From an uncultured virus (IMG/VR IMGVR_UViG_3300027974_000033) (lineage: Duplodnaviria; Heunggongvirae; Uroviricota; Caudoviricetes), in the IMG/VR virus record IMGVR_UViG_3300027974_000033: a stretch of 64,000 nt of DNA. One strand, 5' to 3'. Within the stretch, counting starts at the first letter, position 1. Each line of letters begins with the position of its first letter. The position numbers and the translations under genes are program-made. Of the stretch, positions 27,949 through 38,636 are shown piece after piece. The notes beneath the pieces are model-generated. The model was not told the origin of the DNA. It worked only from the letters and a program-made list of their open reading frames with translations, and searched no databases.

Positions 27949-29313
27949 TTAGTTAAAGATTTCATTTACGGAACCGAGGAAAGCTCCAGACCATTTTGAT
28001 TTTGATTTAGTAAATACCTCAGACCCGCCAAGGTCAGAGGACTTCTTAATTGCGGTATCGCCTTCTACGGCATCTACCTGCTTTTGAACACCTTCGATGG
28101 TGCCCTTTATTTCTGACACAGCATCACTAAGTGCGCTGTGCTTTTCTGCCAACTCAAGAATTCTAGCATCGACATTTTTGCTGAAGGCTTCGACAGATGT
28201 TTTAATTTCTGTAACCTGTGCAGCAGATGCCTCTGTAGCCTTTGTGAGTGTATCGGAGAAAAAGCCTTTTAGATCGCCTAACATTTTTGCAAAATCAGGT
28301 TCATCAACCATAACTTCTACTGTATCGGCTGCTTTTTCAACGTTGTCGGCAGAGGTATCTTCAACTGTAGAATCTACAGCTTCCAATGATTTGTCAAAAA
28401 GATTGACGTTTGAGTCATTGTTAGCTTCCGCTACAACTGTCTCAACTTCTGGAGTAACTTCGGCTGGCGCTTCAACAACTGCTTCTGCAGCTACTTCAAC
28501 ATCATTACCTACATTAAGTTTTTCCATGTCATTACCTCCTTCTACGTTTGCCTGTTTTGCTAATTGTGTTTCAGGCAACGGTAATCTTGACTTCTTGAAT
28601 GAAGCAAGAATTTTATCTATTTCTTTTGACTTGTTAATGTCTGAACTTTCTACCCAACCGATTAGCGCAGCTGGTTTTCCAGATATTGGTGAATCAAAAG
28701 TTTTTTCTGTGGACATAAACACTGAGTCGCTGTCTTCGCAATAAAAAATATTTTCTGTTACTACACTTGTAGCAAGGCCTTTGTAAATCATTTGCCCATT
28801 AACTTTTTCGATTGACAAAATATTACATAGCTCATTTGCTGGTGAGTCAACAATTGAAAGTTCAACAAGATCATAGTCTTTAATAAATCTAACTGCTTCT
28901 CCTGTTGCCTTGTTAACCTCATTGTCTGATTCTTTAATCTTTCCGCCGATTGAAAAACCAGAAAGAGTGCCATCAAGAACTTTCTCCCAAGTATCTTGTG
29001 CACCCTTTGAAATGTATGAAGTTACATAAACTCCATTGTAAAAAGTTTGAGACTTTTGGTCATAGTATGTTTCTGGCTTAAATGAAACAACTTTACCAAC
29101 TGCATTTGACTGATGCATCTCACGAAGGTTGCCTCTAAAGTTTTCAAAAGCTTTTACGCTTGCTTCTGCTGTGACAACATCTCCTGTTTGGTCAACATTA
29201 TCTAATGTTGCAAAACCAGATACAGTTCTATTTTCTCGATTAACCTTAGTGAAAGGAATCGACAAATGTAGGTTTTCGCCATTACTAGACCAATGGCCTT
29301 TTTCAATGTTCAT
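27949..29313 (-). CDS. Prohead protease fused to scaffold domain
   Basis: VSGFAT...VDQTGD, REMH, GFSIGG and ELSIVDSPAN, followed by an acidic linker and a coiled coil. Confidence 0.9.
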   Translation of the reverse strand: MNIEKGHWSSNGENLHLSIPFTKVNRENRTVSGFATLDNVDQTGDVVTAEASVKAFENFRGNLREMHQSNAVGKVVSFKPETYYDQKSQTFYNGVYVTSYISKGAQDTWEKVLDGTLSGFSIGGKIKESDNEVNKATGEAVRFIKDYDLVELSIVDSPANELCNILSIEKVNGQMIYKGLATSVVTENIFYCEDSDSVFMSTEKTFDSPISGKPAALIGWVESSDINKSKEIDKILASFKKSRLPLPETQLAKQANVEGGNDMEKLNVGNDVEVAAEAVVEAPAEVTPEVETVVAEANNDSNVNLFDKSLEAVDSTVEDTSADNVEKAADTVEVMVDEPDFAKMLGDLKGFFSDTLTKATEASAAQVTEIKTSVEAFSKNVDARILELAEKHSALSDAVSEIKGTIEGVQKQVDAVEGDTAIKKSSDLGGSEVFTKSKSKWSGAFLGSVNEIFN

Positions 29314-29366
29314 ATGGTCAATTTTAGTGGTTTATCTACTATAACGCAAATAACAGTTGATTAAAC

Positions 29367-30956
29367 TTATTTGACTTTTGGACCGTCGCCCTTTGGATTT
29401 CTAGCTTCTCCGCTTTTATCTGGGGCATTTGCGGATCTTTGCTGATCTCGCTTTTTATTGCCCGTCGACTTTGCTTTTTGATCGGCTACTTGCTGGGGCT
29501 TTAAATCCACCATTTCGTCTCCGCCTTCAACAGTTGTCATATTCTTTCTAAGACGAACTTCGTTAGGGGTAATAACCTGCATTCTCAAATAAATTTCATC
29601 AATACGGCTTTGAGTTTCCTCATCAGTAAGACTTAATTCGTTAAACTTTAATTGCACAACATCTGTCTTTTCTGCAATTAAATAATTCAATTTCTTTTCA
29701 AGTCTATCTTGTGATGGACGGCAAACCTGCTCTTTAAATGTCTTATCAGCATCCCTGGCAGCGGCTAAATTGATTCCTTCTGGAATACCAATTTTGCTAA
29801 TTGGAACACGATGAGCTAACAGAATTTCATCTCTATTAGACTTACGATAGATATTAAATGAGGACTCTTGTTCTCCTGCTTCAATTGGCTCCATCTTAAA
29901 TTCAGTTTTTGAATCTGGAGTGTCTGCTGGAAGTGGGATATAAAGAGATCTATGATTCTTTCCCTTTAATCCGACCTGGAAAAATTCAAGAAGTTTTCTT
30001 TCTGATTCTGGGGAAAGCTTTGCTCCCTTTACTGTAATAATATATCTTGGGACCGCCTTATTTTCAAAGTAGTCTAAGTTATATCTACCAGCAAATTCGT
30101 TTCCTGCCAGGGCTTGCTGTGCTGCAATAATATCTGGTACTCCGTAGTAGTTATTCATTGGAGTGTATTTCTTTAAATGAATAATCTCATTTGGTCTATC
30201 TTCTTGACCAGCAATTGGACTTGGAGTTTCAAGATCACCAAAGTTGCGGAAGTAAACTGCCTTTCCATAAAGTAGCTGAATAAATCCGTCACGGAATCTA
30301 CGTACACGCATCGTTTTAGCTGGTATATGGCCTATATAGCCTATATCTCCAGCAGTGGTACGTCCTATCTCTATGTACCCGTTTCCAGTCGCCTCAAGGT
30401 CTGTGTAGGCTTTTATAAGGGTCTCTGTAAATGATTCTTCTTCATTGCAATCATCTAGCCATTTGTCTAGCTGAGTTTTAATTCTATCAATTTTTGAACG
30501 AGCTCTATCTGCCTGTTTTTGATCAGTTATAGCATCCATTGCATCTTTTGCTTTAGATGTTTCTGTAAACATATATCCTAGGCCAACAATATTTGAAACC
30601 TTAGCATTGATGGCTGCATAGTTATAAGTAGAGACTTCATAAATTTTTGAAAGGTATTCTAAGTTATATGTTGGCTCTACGAGATCAAATAATGCATATC
30701 CGCTAATTGCTTGCTGAAGAAGATTCTGTTGTGTGCCTACGCCAGATGTTCCAACAAATGCTTTTGAAAAATCACGATTAATTTTACGTTTAAAATTTGT
30801 TCCAAGGCCTCTTAATTTTTTAATTTCTTCTAGACCTATTTTAAATGGATCTTCTGACTCTTCTGCTTTTTGAAAATGAAACCAGTCAGATGTATTTGAA
30901 ATATCTATTGTATTTGATGAATTGTCATCTTCTAAAAATTCTATGTTGCGTGTCAT
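29367..30956 (-). CDS. Portal protein
   Basis: DLEATGNGYIE, NEIIHLK...YYGVPD, YFENKAVP and ITPNEVR. Confidence 0.93.
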   Translation of the reverse strand: MTRNIEFLEDDNSSNTIDISNTSDWFHFQKAEESEDPFKIGLEEIKKLRGLGTNFKRKINRDFSKAFVGTSGVGTQQNLLQQAISGYALFDLVEPTYNLEYLSKIYEVSTYNYAAINAKVSNIVGLGYMFTETSKAKDAMDAITDQKQADRARSKIDRIKTQLDKWLDDCNEEESFTETLIKAYTDLEATGNGYIEIGRTTAGDIGYIGHIPAKTMRVRRFRDGFIQLLYGKAVYFRNFGDLETPSPIAGQEDRPNEIIHLKKYTPMNNYYGVPDIIAAQQALAGNEFAGRYNLDYFENKAVPRYIITVKGAKLSPESERKLLEFFQVGLKGKNHRSLYIPLPADTPDSKTEFKMEPIEAGEQESSFNIYRKSNRDEILLAHRVPISKIGIPEGINLAAARDADKTFKEQVCRPSQDRLEKKLNYLIAEKTDVVQLKFNELSLTDEETQSRIDEIYLRMQVITPNEVRLRKNMTTVEGGDEMVDLKPQQVADQKAKSTGNKKRDQQRSANAPDKSGEARNPKGDGPKVK

Positions 30957-31291
30957 TGTACTTTACCGCCTCTTAGTACAGAGTCTTTATAGACTCCGAT
31001 ATCGTATGGGTCTGGTGGGAGTCCCCATTTAAGTCGTTGTTCTTGTTCTGCAAGCTCTTCGTCATCAATCTTTCTGCGCCCAGATAAAAATTTGGGTTCA
31101 CCCTCATAAATACCATATGAGCGAACTTCTCTAGCCAAAGCATCGATTCTGGATCTATTGCCTTTGATTGACGTGATCGAAAGAAAATTCCCATCGTCAT
31201 CTCCAATCCATCTGCCGTCTGGCATCATCCATACGTATATGCCTAGGGTTGTCTCTTCGACAATCTTAGTATTTTTCTTTAAGATATCCAT
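30953..31291 (-). CDS. Hypothetical protein upstream of portal
   Basis: 112 aa, ATGA overlap with the portal gene. Confidence 0.7.
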   Translation of the reverse strand: MDILKKNTKIVEETTLGIYVWMMPDGRWIGDDDGNFLSITSIKGNRSRIDALAREVRSYGIYEGEPKFLSGRRKIDDEELAEQEQRLKWGLPPDPYDIGVYKDSVLRGGKVQ

Positions 31292-31349
31292 AGACCATAA
31301 TCATACCATTATCTAGTGCCAAAGTCCAGATTTTGTACCAACAATTACA

Positions 31350-33179
31350 CTAAATGGTTATATTTGAACCAGCTAATTCAATAGAATAAATAGAGTAGGG
31401 CAATGAGTCATTACCAGATGCAGACTCTGATATCGATAGTCCTTCTGACCCAACTGAGTTAGACCAGTTGCCAATATAATAATTATAATGGTTTGTTATT
31501 TGGCTTAAAGTTAAGGCTGTTGGATATATGGCAATATTATTATAGTTTGATCCTAGGCCGTACGACGTGCCAGCAACATTTTGATTAATTTTAATTAAGC
31601 CAGAAGTAACGCTTGAAAGAACTAAGACTACGTGATGTGGGAACCCTACTGTAAAGTAACTTGAGCAGTTTGTTTGGGAAGTCACATCTTTCCCATTTAC
31701 GTATACACTTGTAATCCCACTCTTATTTATGGTGCCGTCTGTGAGCCATTCAAATATTTTTGATCCATTTGAAAATAAAACATTTTTGCCCGATCCTGGG
31801 GTATATATCATTTCAATAGACCTAGAGGGTGATGCTGCTTCTATATTGAAACCTCCAGATTCATGCATTGATAATCCATTATATCTGCTATATGAAAGTA
31901 TTCTTTCGTTATACCTAGACAAATCATAGTCTTGGTCTGAGTATATTCTGTCTCCAGAGTTATCTGCATAGTAGTCCATATTATTAAAAAAATCAATTGA
32001 AACGGACTCTATTTTTGGAATATCAAATGATGTATCGGATGAGGACATTGTTGTTCTTACATAAACACGTTCATATGTAGTTAAATTATTTTTTGTAAAA
32101 TAAGGCAATGATTTATTATTGTAACAAGTTTGCCATCCAGATAATCCGTCTAAACTTATTTCAAATAATATATTTTCAAAGTCTGGTTCATACTTTAGTT
32201 GTGAACTGTTTATTCCAATTCCAGATGGAACAATTATCTCTTGTGTAAAATTAAAACTGGCTGGGGATGCGGTGTCAGTTTTAGCAAATGTAACATAGTC
32301 ATGATCTATAGATAGAACTGCATCTCCATTAATTAGATCTGACCATTTAATTGCAGATGGGTAGTAGTATTGTTTTACTGGCATTATTTTTGAATGATTC
32401 AATGTAAATAAAACTCCACCGTCTGGTTCTACTATCTGTAGGTGATTCAGCTCGTATGAGCCAGCAGTGTAATGATTTTGTATTTTACTTTCAGAAAGAG
32501 AATATCTGTAGAATGCAACACAATCAATTACAAATGGTTCAGATTCATTAGAAGGACCACTCATAAATGAAACTGTTAGGTTGCTAAACGGGTACGGCTC
32601 GGAAATAGATTTAGTTGATTTACTTACTCCATTAACATATAATATAATTGAAGATCCATTGTATACGGCAGAAATGTAAGAAGCGGATGTTTTTTCTATT
32701 TTGGCAACTGCAACCGACGAACCTATTTTAAATAAAACATTTCCATTTTTATAAGTTAAGCCAATTAAATTTGTTGTGTCAAATGCTAAAGGTATTTCAT
32801 TGGTGGATGTTTGTGGCGGTTTAAACCATAAGTCTATAGAAAATGGATTATTTTTGTATGTTGATGTTGCCATTCCTGGAGTTATGTATATAATTTTTGT
32901 ATCTGAATTCATTTTTGTTCCAGCTATCGATCCAGGAACTAATGGCATTAATACTGCATTTGATGAGTTAAACGATACTCCATTATTACTATTTCCAGAA
33001 TAATCATATATTACCGACCCTCCGAGATTGGCATAAGAAATACCATTATCTCTTAAATCAGCGTATGTAGCATATTGTGTTTTAAGGGCATCATATGAAA
33101 CTGTGGTGCCAGATATTACTTCATCTAATAAATAAAATGATGTTGGGTGGTCATTTAAGACTACGCTTTTGTATGACAT
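31350..33179 (-). CDS. LamG/concanavalin A-like virion protein
   Basis: YDYSGNSNNG, FSIDLWFKP, YNGSSIILYVNG and IDCVAFYRYSLS...IQNHY, plus a second degenerate LamG domain at the C-terminus. Confidence 0.8.
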   Translation of the reverse strand: MSYKSVVLNDHPTSFYLLDEVISGTTVSYDALKTQYATYADLRDNGISYANLGGSVIYDYSGNSNNGVSFNSSNAVLMPLVPGSIAGTKMNSDTKIIYITPGMATSTYKNNPFSIDLWFKPPQTSTNEIPLAFDTTNLIGLTYKNGNVLFKIGSSVAVAKIEKTSASYISAVYNGSSIILYVNGVSKSTKSISEPYPFSNLTVSFMSGPSNESEPFVIDCVAFYRYSLSESKIQNHYTAGSYELNHLQIVEPDGGVLFTLNHSKIMPVKQYYYPSAIKWSDLINGDAVLSIDHDYVTFAKTDTASPASFNFTQEIIVPSGIGINSSQLKYEPDFENILFEISLDGLSGWQTCYNNKSLPYFTKNNLTTYERVYVRTTMSSSDTSFDIPKIESVSIDFFNNMDYYADNSGDRIYSDQDYDLSRYNERILSYSRYNGLSMHESGGFNIEAASPSRSIEMIYTPGSGKNVLFSNGSKIFEWLTDGTINKSGITSVYVNGKDVTSQTNCSSYFTVGFPHHVVLVLSSVTSGLIKINQNVAGTSYGLGSNYNNIAIYPTALTLSQITNHYNYYIGNWSNSVGSEGLSISESASGNDSLPYSIYSIELAGSNITI

Positions 33180-33186
33180 CCCAAAC

Positions 33187-34290
33187 CTACTTTTCTTCTA
33201 GTGATTTTACTCTTGCTGTAAGTTCTTGTACCGCTTTAATTAATGGAGAAATAAATTCTTCGTATCTTAATGCTTGTTGTCCTTCTGCATCATTCACATC
33301 AGAAATTACCCAGCCGCCGAAGTCAGCAATATTGACTTCATCTAAGACAGACTTTACCTCTTGTGCAATTAATCCGTAATGTGTTCTATCTCCACCAATT
33401 TTATTATATTTAACTGGGTTTAATTTATTAATAAAATTTAATCCAAGGTCAGATGTCAATATATTTTCTTTTGTTCTTTCATCTGATATAACAGTTGCTG
33501 CTGAGTTTAAATATATGTTTTTCCATCCTCTAGTTACGTTATCTGTTCCAGAGTTAATTGGACCAAGCAAACCTAAAGTAAATGTATTTGTTGATAGTGG
33601 ATACCAGGCAGAGTTGACTCCAGTTGTAGATGTTGCTGTTGTTTGTAGCGCAATTCTTGTTGCAATTGGATCAATAACAGCATTTGATCCTGCTGCGCCA
33701 GTTGCGCCAGTTGCACCAGTTGCGCCAGTATCTCCACGAGGAATTGTAAAATTTAAAATAACATTGCTAGATGTTCCAGTATTTGTAACAATAGCGTTTG
33801 TTCCTGCTGCACCTGTAGTTACTGGGCTAGCAATAGTAATTGTTGCTGCTGCATCACCTTTTGGACCAGTTGCTCCAGTTGCTCCAGTTGCTCCAGTTTC
33901 TCCAGTTGGTAAAACTAAATTTAAAACTTGAGATGGAGATGTGCCAGTAATTGTTGCAGAAGCTAGTGCGCCAGATACAACTGTTCCAATTGTTAAAACA
34001 TTTGATGGACCAGGGCCACCAATTACTCCATCTTGACCTTTTGGAATATTAAATGTTAAAGATTGTGATGGAGATGTTCCGCTAATAGTTACCGAAGCAT
34101 TTTGACCAGCATTTATTGTATTTGTTGAAGCAATGGTTAAAACGTTTGAAGGGCCTGTTGCTCCTTGGGGTCCAGGATGAGCAGCAATATATGTAGCAAT
34201 ATCATTACCTAAAATACCAAGATCTCTAGGTACATCGGGAGAATCCGAGTAACTTGGGAAGTGCCATCCATTAACGCCTGTAGTTGCCAT
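33187..34290 (-). CDS. Collagen-repeat fibre with C-terminal peptidase S74 intramolecular chaperone
   Basis: G-X-Y repeats; ISDERTKENI...LNPVKY...YGLIAQEV...LIKAVQEL. Confidence 0.85.
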   Translation of the reverse strand: MATTGVNGWHFPSYSDSPDVPRDLGILGNDIATYIAAHPGPQGATGPSNVLTIASTNTINAGQNASVTISGTSPSQSLTFNIPKGQDGVIGGPGPSNVLTIGTVVSGALASATITGTSPSQVLNLVLPTGETGATGATGATGPKGDAAATITIASPVTTGAAGTNAIVTNTGTSSNVILNFTIPRGDTGATGATGATGAAGSNAVIDPIATRIALQTTATSTTGVNSAWYPLSTNTFTLGLLGPINSGTDNVTRGWKNIYLNSAATVISDERTKENILTSDLGLNFINKLNPVKYNKIGGDRTHYGLIAQEVKSVLDEVNIADFGGWVISDVNDAEGQQALRYEEFISPLIKAVQELTARVKSLEEK

Positions 34291-34297
34291 TTTTTAA

Positions 34298-34969
34298 TTA
34301 TACCATTAAGCCTTTATACACAGAAAGGTGTGAGGTATATCTTTTGCCAGACAAAACTTCATTTACCTTATGAAGATACGGCTCTTGACTTGGAAATATT
34401 ATTAGGCTGCCCTCTTGTGGCTTTATTGACAAGCCTTGGTTTGGAAACTCTATCTCGCCACCCTCATAGTCATCATTCAGATAAGCTATCATTGAGAATG
34501 CTAGTGTTGTATGTCCGTCATAGTTATCACAATGTGGCCCCATGCCAGAACCTGCTGCCCATTCTCTAATTGGAATTTCTCCCATTGGAAGTATATAATT
34601 TTTTCCGTCAATATTTCTTGACTTTAAATAATTATCAAGACACATTTCAAATGCCATTTTTAAACTATTACTTATGTAAAGAATTTTTTGATCTAGTCTG
34701 GAACCAGAATTATTTTCTTTTATGCTATTAGTTAAAACATTTTTATTTTTTCCGTATACAACATTGACATCATCACTTGCTGTCCATGGGCTCCACTGTG
34801 TTATTTTTGAATAACTATCTTGGCTTTCATCGACCTCATTGATAAAATCAACTAGTTCTTTTGGATAGCTTAAAACATTTTTAAAATGCCATATGCCATC
34901 TTCTAAAGCATTTGGTATGAACATGTGATACATGTCATTTGGATTAAAATCTTTTTTATCTTCTATCAT
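34298..34969 (-). CDS. 2OG-Fe(II) oxygenase (prolyl 4-hydroxylase-like)
   Basis: HCD, YLNDDYEGGEI, H...RY. Confidence 0.88.
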   Translation of the reverse strand: MIEDKKDFNPNDMYHMFIPNALEDGIWHFKNVLSYPKELVDFINEVDESQDSYSKITQWSPWTASDDVNVVYGKNKNVLTNSIKENNSGSRLDQKILYISNSLKMAFEMCLDNYLKSRNIDGKNYILPMGEIPIREWAAGSGMGPHCDNYDGHTTLAFSMIAYLNDDYEGGEIEFPNQGLSIKPQEGSLIIFPSQEPYLHKVNEVLSGKRYTSHLSVYKGLMV

Positions 34970-35727
34970 TAGATATTCTCTACTTCTGAGGCTGGGACTG
35001 GTGCTCCGTACGGAGTTAGTCTTAATCCTTTGTCACGGATTTCTTTCCATTCTTCTTGCTCGCCTTTTTGATGTGCTCTGACTTTAGCTAACTCGTCTGC
35101 CCATTCATCTCTAATTTCTTGAGGATAATCAGACTCTTCTCTATCGTCCCAAAAAGATCCAAGCGTATATCTTGGCGCTCCTTTTACTACGGTAACCTCA
35201 TGCATGTTTTTATGACCACCATGAAATATTAAAAATGACCCAGCTTTTGGAATAACTTCAAGTGGGGTTTTTCCATGTCTTGCATCAAACTTTAATGTTC
35301 CGCCTTCAAAATCATCATTTAAATATAAAAAACCAGCATATCTACTTCGTGTAAACGCACCCATTTTTCCTTCTGAGTCGCTGTTGTCTGAGTGCTTTGG
35401 TGCAAAAGCTCCTGGAAGCCATCTTTGCACATGAAAGCTAATCTGAGACATGTCTTCGAAAGACTTATTTGCTACATCTGCAGCAGCCTGTCTAAATCTA
35501 TTTTTAAGATCAGTAAACCATGTAGGGCTTAAATTAAATTCAGCAAGCACTGCTTCACCATCAAATGGGTATCTGGCAGAGTATGACTCATAAAAAGATA
35601 TTCCCTTCCAGTAGTCATCGTCAGTCTCAGCAAGTTTTTCTAGCAGCCCAATGACAGATTTGCATTCTTCTTTTGATATAAAATCTTCATAGAGATCTAT
35701 ATCTTCTGTTAGTTTAGTAAGCTTCAT
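34969..35727 (-). CDS. 2OG-Fe(II) oxygenase (prolyl 4-hydroxylase-like)
   Basis: HSD, YLNDDFEGG, MHEV...RY. Confidence 0.88.
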   Translation of the reverse strand: MKLTKLTEDIDLYEDFISKEECKSVIGLLEKLAETDDDYWKGISFYESYSARYPFDGEAVLAEFNLSPTWFTDLKNRFRQAAADVANKSFEDMSQISFHVQRWLPGAFAPKHSDNSDSEGKMGAFTRSRYAGFLYLNDDFEGGTLKFDARHGKTPLEVIPKAGSFLIFHGGHKNMHEVTVVKGAPRYTLGSFWDDREESDYPQEIRDEWADELAKVRAHQKGEQEEWKEIRDKGLRLTPYGAPVPASEVENI

Positions 35728-36548
35728 TACATACCCCCTGGCCCAGATTTATCTCCAGATAGATCATCATATTTGGTCGGAACCCCATCCTGTAAGTATC
35801 TCATGTTTCTAGGATTGTCGTGCTTTAATCTTTCAAATTCTTTTTTCATCCAATTAGCGGCTCCTAATTTCTTTTGATTTTCGAGCCATTCTGGGTGTCC
35901 GTCGTAAGGGTACATAACAAAATTTCTTACAAAGAATTTTTCTCCATTATATATTGTTTTTACGCCATGAAAATATGGTTCATCTGATGGAAAGACAAGG
36001 ATGTCTCCAGCCTGTGGTTTATGATTTACCCTATCCCCATTAACAAAAAATTCAATATCTCCGCCGTCGTAATTATCATTTATATACATTGTGCAGGTTA
36101 ATTGAAATTTAGATCCTGGCATGTCTCTTTCTGAAATAATAAAATCTGTGTGATATTGCATAGTCATTTTATTATCTAGGACATCAACTTGATCCGTATA
36201 CTTTGAAAAAGAACATCCGCTAAAATGCCAATTAGGTTTTAATTCAATGCCGTGCCTATTAATATAATCAAGCAATACTGCATCATAGGCGGACTGAATT
36301 TGATCCACAAAATCTTTTTCTTCTATAAACATTGGGTCGGACTTTTGAGTATCATCTACTTCTAATGAATTTTTTGCTTGGGAATAGGTGCCAAAATGTG
36401 CCCAAGGGTCCCAAGTCTTTAAAAGGTACTTGCCTTCAGATGTCTGCTCTGATTTTTTCATTGTCTCATACAGGGCCTGCGGATCTTTCAAAACATTTCT
36501 GTACACATCCACTTTTGGATATAGCTCTACGTATTCTAAATTTGTCAT
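35727..36548 (-). CDS. 2OG-Fe(II) oxygenase (prolyl 4-hydroxylase-like)
   Basis: HTD, YINDNYDGG, FHGV...KF; probable start at 36548 (ATGA overlap). Confidence 0.88.
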   Translation of the reverse strand: MTNLEYVELYPKVDVYRNVLKDPQALYETMKKSEQTSEGKYLLKTWDPWAHFGTYSQAKNSLEVDDTQKSDPMFIEEKDFVDQIQSAYDAVLLDYINRHGIELKPNWHFSGCSFSKYTDQVDVLDNKMTMQYHTDFIISERDMPGSKFQLTCTMYINDNYDGGDIEFFVNGDRVNHKPQAGDILVFPSDEPYFHGVKTIYNGEKFFVRNFVMYPYDGHPEWLENQKKLGAANWMKKEFERLKHDNPRNMRYLQDGVPTKYDDLSGDKSGPGGM

Positions 36549-37222
36549 GGCTGTCTTTCTCCTGTGTGTTTCATTATCGTCCAAAAAAATGGCGAAGTAA
36601 ATCTATTTCCTGCTGTTACTGGTCTTACCCCGTGTGTGTAGTGCATGTCTCCTGGGAAGAAATATGCTGCGCCTGCTTTTGGCTTAAATTCAATTCCGTG
36701 CTGTGGGAAGTATAGCTCTCCGCCTTCATAGTCATCATTAAAATAAAATAGTCCTGCTAAGTCATACCATGGAAAATCATTTGGTCTTCCCTTTTCTATT
36801 CCAGTGTGAAACTCTTTGTCTGCGTGTGGTTCTTGTCTTGCCCCAACTGGCCATCTAACAATTGCTGGGCCTGTCTCTTGAGCATCAACAGAAAAAAATT
36901 TATCCACTTCAATTTTAAGTCTTGCTATCATTGAGTTAATTAATTCTAATATTGTTGGGTCAGACTCCATTAAAGAGTTGTGAGTGCAAACCCTATCTTT
37001 CCATATATTTGCATCATACAAAACTAATCCGTCTTCATCAACATGAGTTTCGGTTTGATCCCAAACTTTATTGTTTAAAGCAAAACTTATAAGCCTTTGC
37101 CTTTCATCTTCAGTCAAAAAATTTTCTAGCTCTATAATATTATCTGAGGATGAGCCAAAGAAACCTGAAGGCGTTATTGACTTCGGTGCATATAGCTGTA
37201 TGTCTTTATTTGCAATTTTCAT
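36545..37222 (-). CDS. 2OG-Fe(II) oxygenase (prolyl 4-hydroxylase-like)
   Basis: HAD, YFNDDYEGGEL, THGV...RF. Confidence 0.88.
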   Translation of the reverse strand: MKIANKDIQLYAPKSITPSGFFGSSSDNIIELENFLTEDERQRLISFALNNKVWDQTETHVDEDGLVLYDANIWKDRVCTHNSLMESDPTILELINSMIARLKIEVDKFFSVDAQETGPAIVRWPVGARQEPHADKEFHTGIEKGRPNDFPWYDLAGLFYFNDDYEGGELYFPQHGIEFKPKAGAAYFFPGDMHYTHGVRPVTAGNRFTSPFFWTIMKHTGERQP

Positions 37223-37266
37223 TAGTTCTCTTTCTGTTAATACTACAATATAATTTTACCATGCTA

Positions 37267-37971
37267 TTAATCTTTATTATCAATGACTTTTAATCTTATT
37301 GCTTTTACTTGGTGCTTCCCTAAAGATACTCCAAGGTGGTCTGTAGCATTACGGTAAAAATTAGTCCATTTCCCAACCGCATTTGATTCCGACCCAGCTT
37401 TGCTATATTCTTTAGAATCAAATGTTCTTTCTGGCATTTTTGAAGAGTCAAAAAACTCTATTTCGGAATCCTGCAAAGCTTCAAGGTTTATTGGCATTAT
37501 TGAAAATATGGGCGTGTTAGCTTTTATTGTTATTTCAACATTTGGCCTAGTTACTCGGATCGCACAAGATAAATCTCCACTATAAAAAGAAGAACTCATT
37601 ATTGTTGTAAATGGCTCATACCCGTCTACAAAATTATTAGGGACTGGCATAGTGAGGAGGCTGTGGTTTTCATCTGTTTTAAATGTTATGCCAGTGTTAA
37701 AACTTACCGTAGCATTTGATCTTTCGGCATAAGCATATTTATCTCCAGATAATATTTTTACGTGATCTGGTGTGGAATCAGATATTCCGTCCCATATAAA
37801 AGTTATATCTTCTGGGAATGAGATAGACCAGCCCATTTGATTTGGTAATCCAACTGGAAAACATTTATATGCGTGAGCTTCCCAAGTTTCATCCATCCAA
37901 TCTCTTTTTACTGATAAGGGGAGGACTGTGGCTGAAATATCTTTTGCTCTATAGGCTTTGAGTTTTACCAT
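37267..37971 (-). CDS. DUF6065-like protein
   Basis: RDWMD...AYKCFP...NQMGW pattern, recalled from DUF6065-type proteins; not verified by search. Confidence 0.6.
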   Translation of the reverse strand: MVKLKAYRAKDISATVLPLSVKRDWMDETWEAHAYKCFPVGLPNQMGWSISFPEDITFIWDGISDSTPDHVKILSGDKYAYAERSNATVSFNTGITFKTDENHSLLTMPVPNNFVDGYEPFTTIMSSSFYSGDLSCAIRVTRPNVEITIKANTPIFSIMPINLEALQDSEIEFFDSSKMPERTFDSKEYSKAGSESNAVGKWTNFYRNATDHLGVSLGKHQVKAIRLKVIDNKD

Positions 37972-38623
37972 CGTTTAATCTTTTTTCTACAAGTGCACGA
38001 TACTCATCATTATGAGTGTTATCGTTATAATCTAGCATTGTAACTATAGAATATTTTTTGCCTTCTTCTACTGGCATTGCAACATGAGAATAGATATATG
38101 TGGACGGGAATATGTATAAGTCACCAGCTTTTGGCTTAATTTTTAAGTCTAATTTTGGGAACCATAGCTCTCCGCCAGTGTAATCATCATTTGGATACGC
38201 TACCAGAGACACCGTTGCTGTATAAGAAAACCCGTGGTCGGCATGCTCTTGAAAATGTTGTCCTGGACCATAAGAAATAAAATTCATTACTTCCCAAAAA
38301 TCCATTCTTACGCTATGAAATGAACAATAGTCTTCTGCTGCTGGCCCCTGTGTATCTTTGGCATCTTGCCATATATCATTTATTCGTCTATCAAAATCAT
38401 TTCTTATTGTTGGCACTGGGCCTATCTTTACATCTTGGCAATCTCTATAGCTTGGCCTTGTTTCATCATAGCCAACTGTTGCGCCTCTCCAGTTGTACTG
38501 CCCATTGCTTTCATTAACAACAGAGACAAGCCTTTCCATTAAATTTAGTTCTGGCTTAACTACGTCTCTATATACCCATAACCCAGGAAATAGGATTTCT
38601 TTGCTTGACCAAGTTTGATTCAT
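37949..38623 (-). CDS. 2OG-Fe(II) oxygenase (prolyl 4-hydroxylase-like)
   Basis: HAD, YPNDDYTGGEL, SHVA...KY. Confidence 0.88.
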   Translation of the reverse strand: MNQTWSSKEILFPGLWVYRDVVKPELNLMERLVSVVNESNGQYNWRGATVGYDETRPSYRDCQDVKIGPVPTIRNDFDRRINDIWQDAKDTQGPAAEDYCSFHSVRMDFWEVMNFISYGPGQHFQEHADHGFSYTATVSLVAYPNDDYTGGELWFPKLDLKIKPKAGDLYIFPSTYIYSHVAMPVEEGKKYSIVTMLDYNDNTHNDEYRALVEKRLNDGKTQSL

Positions 38624-38636
38624 TTTTCTCTTTCTC

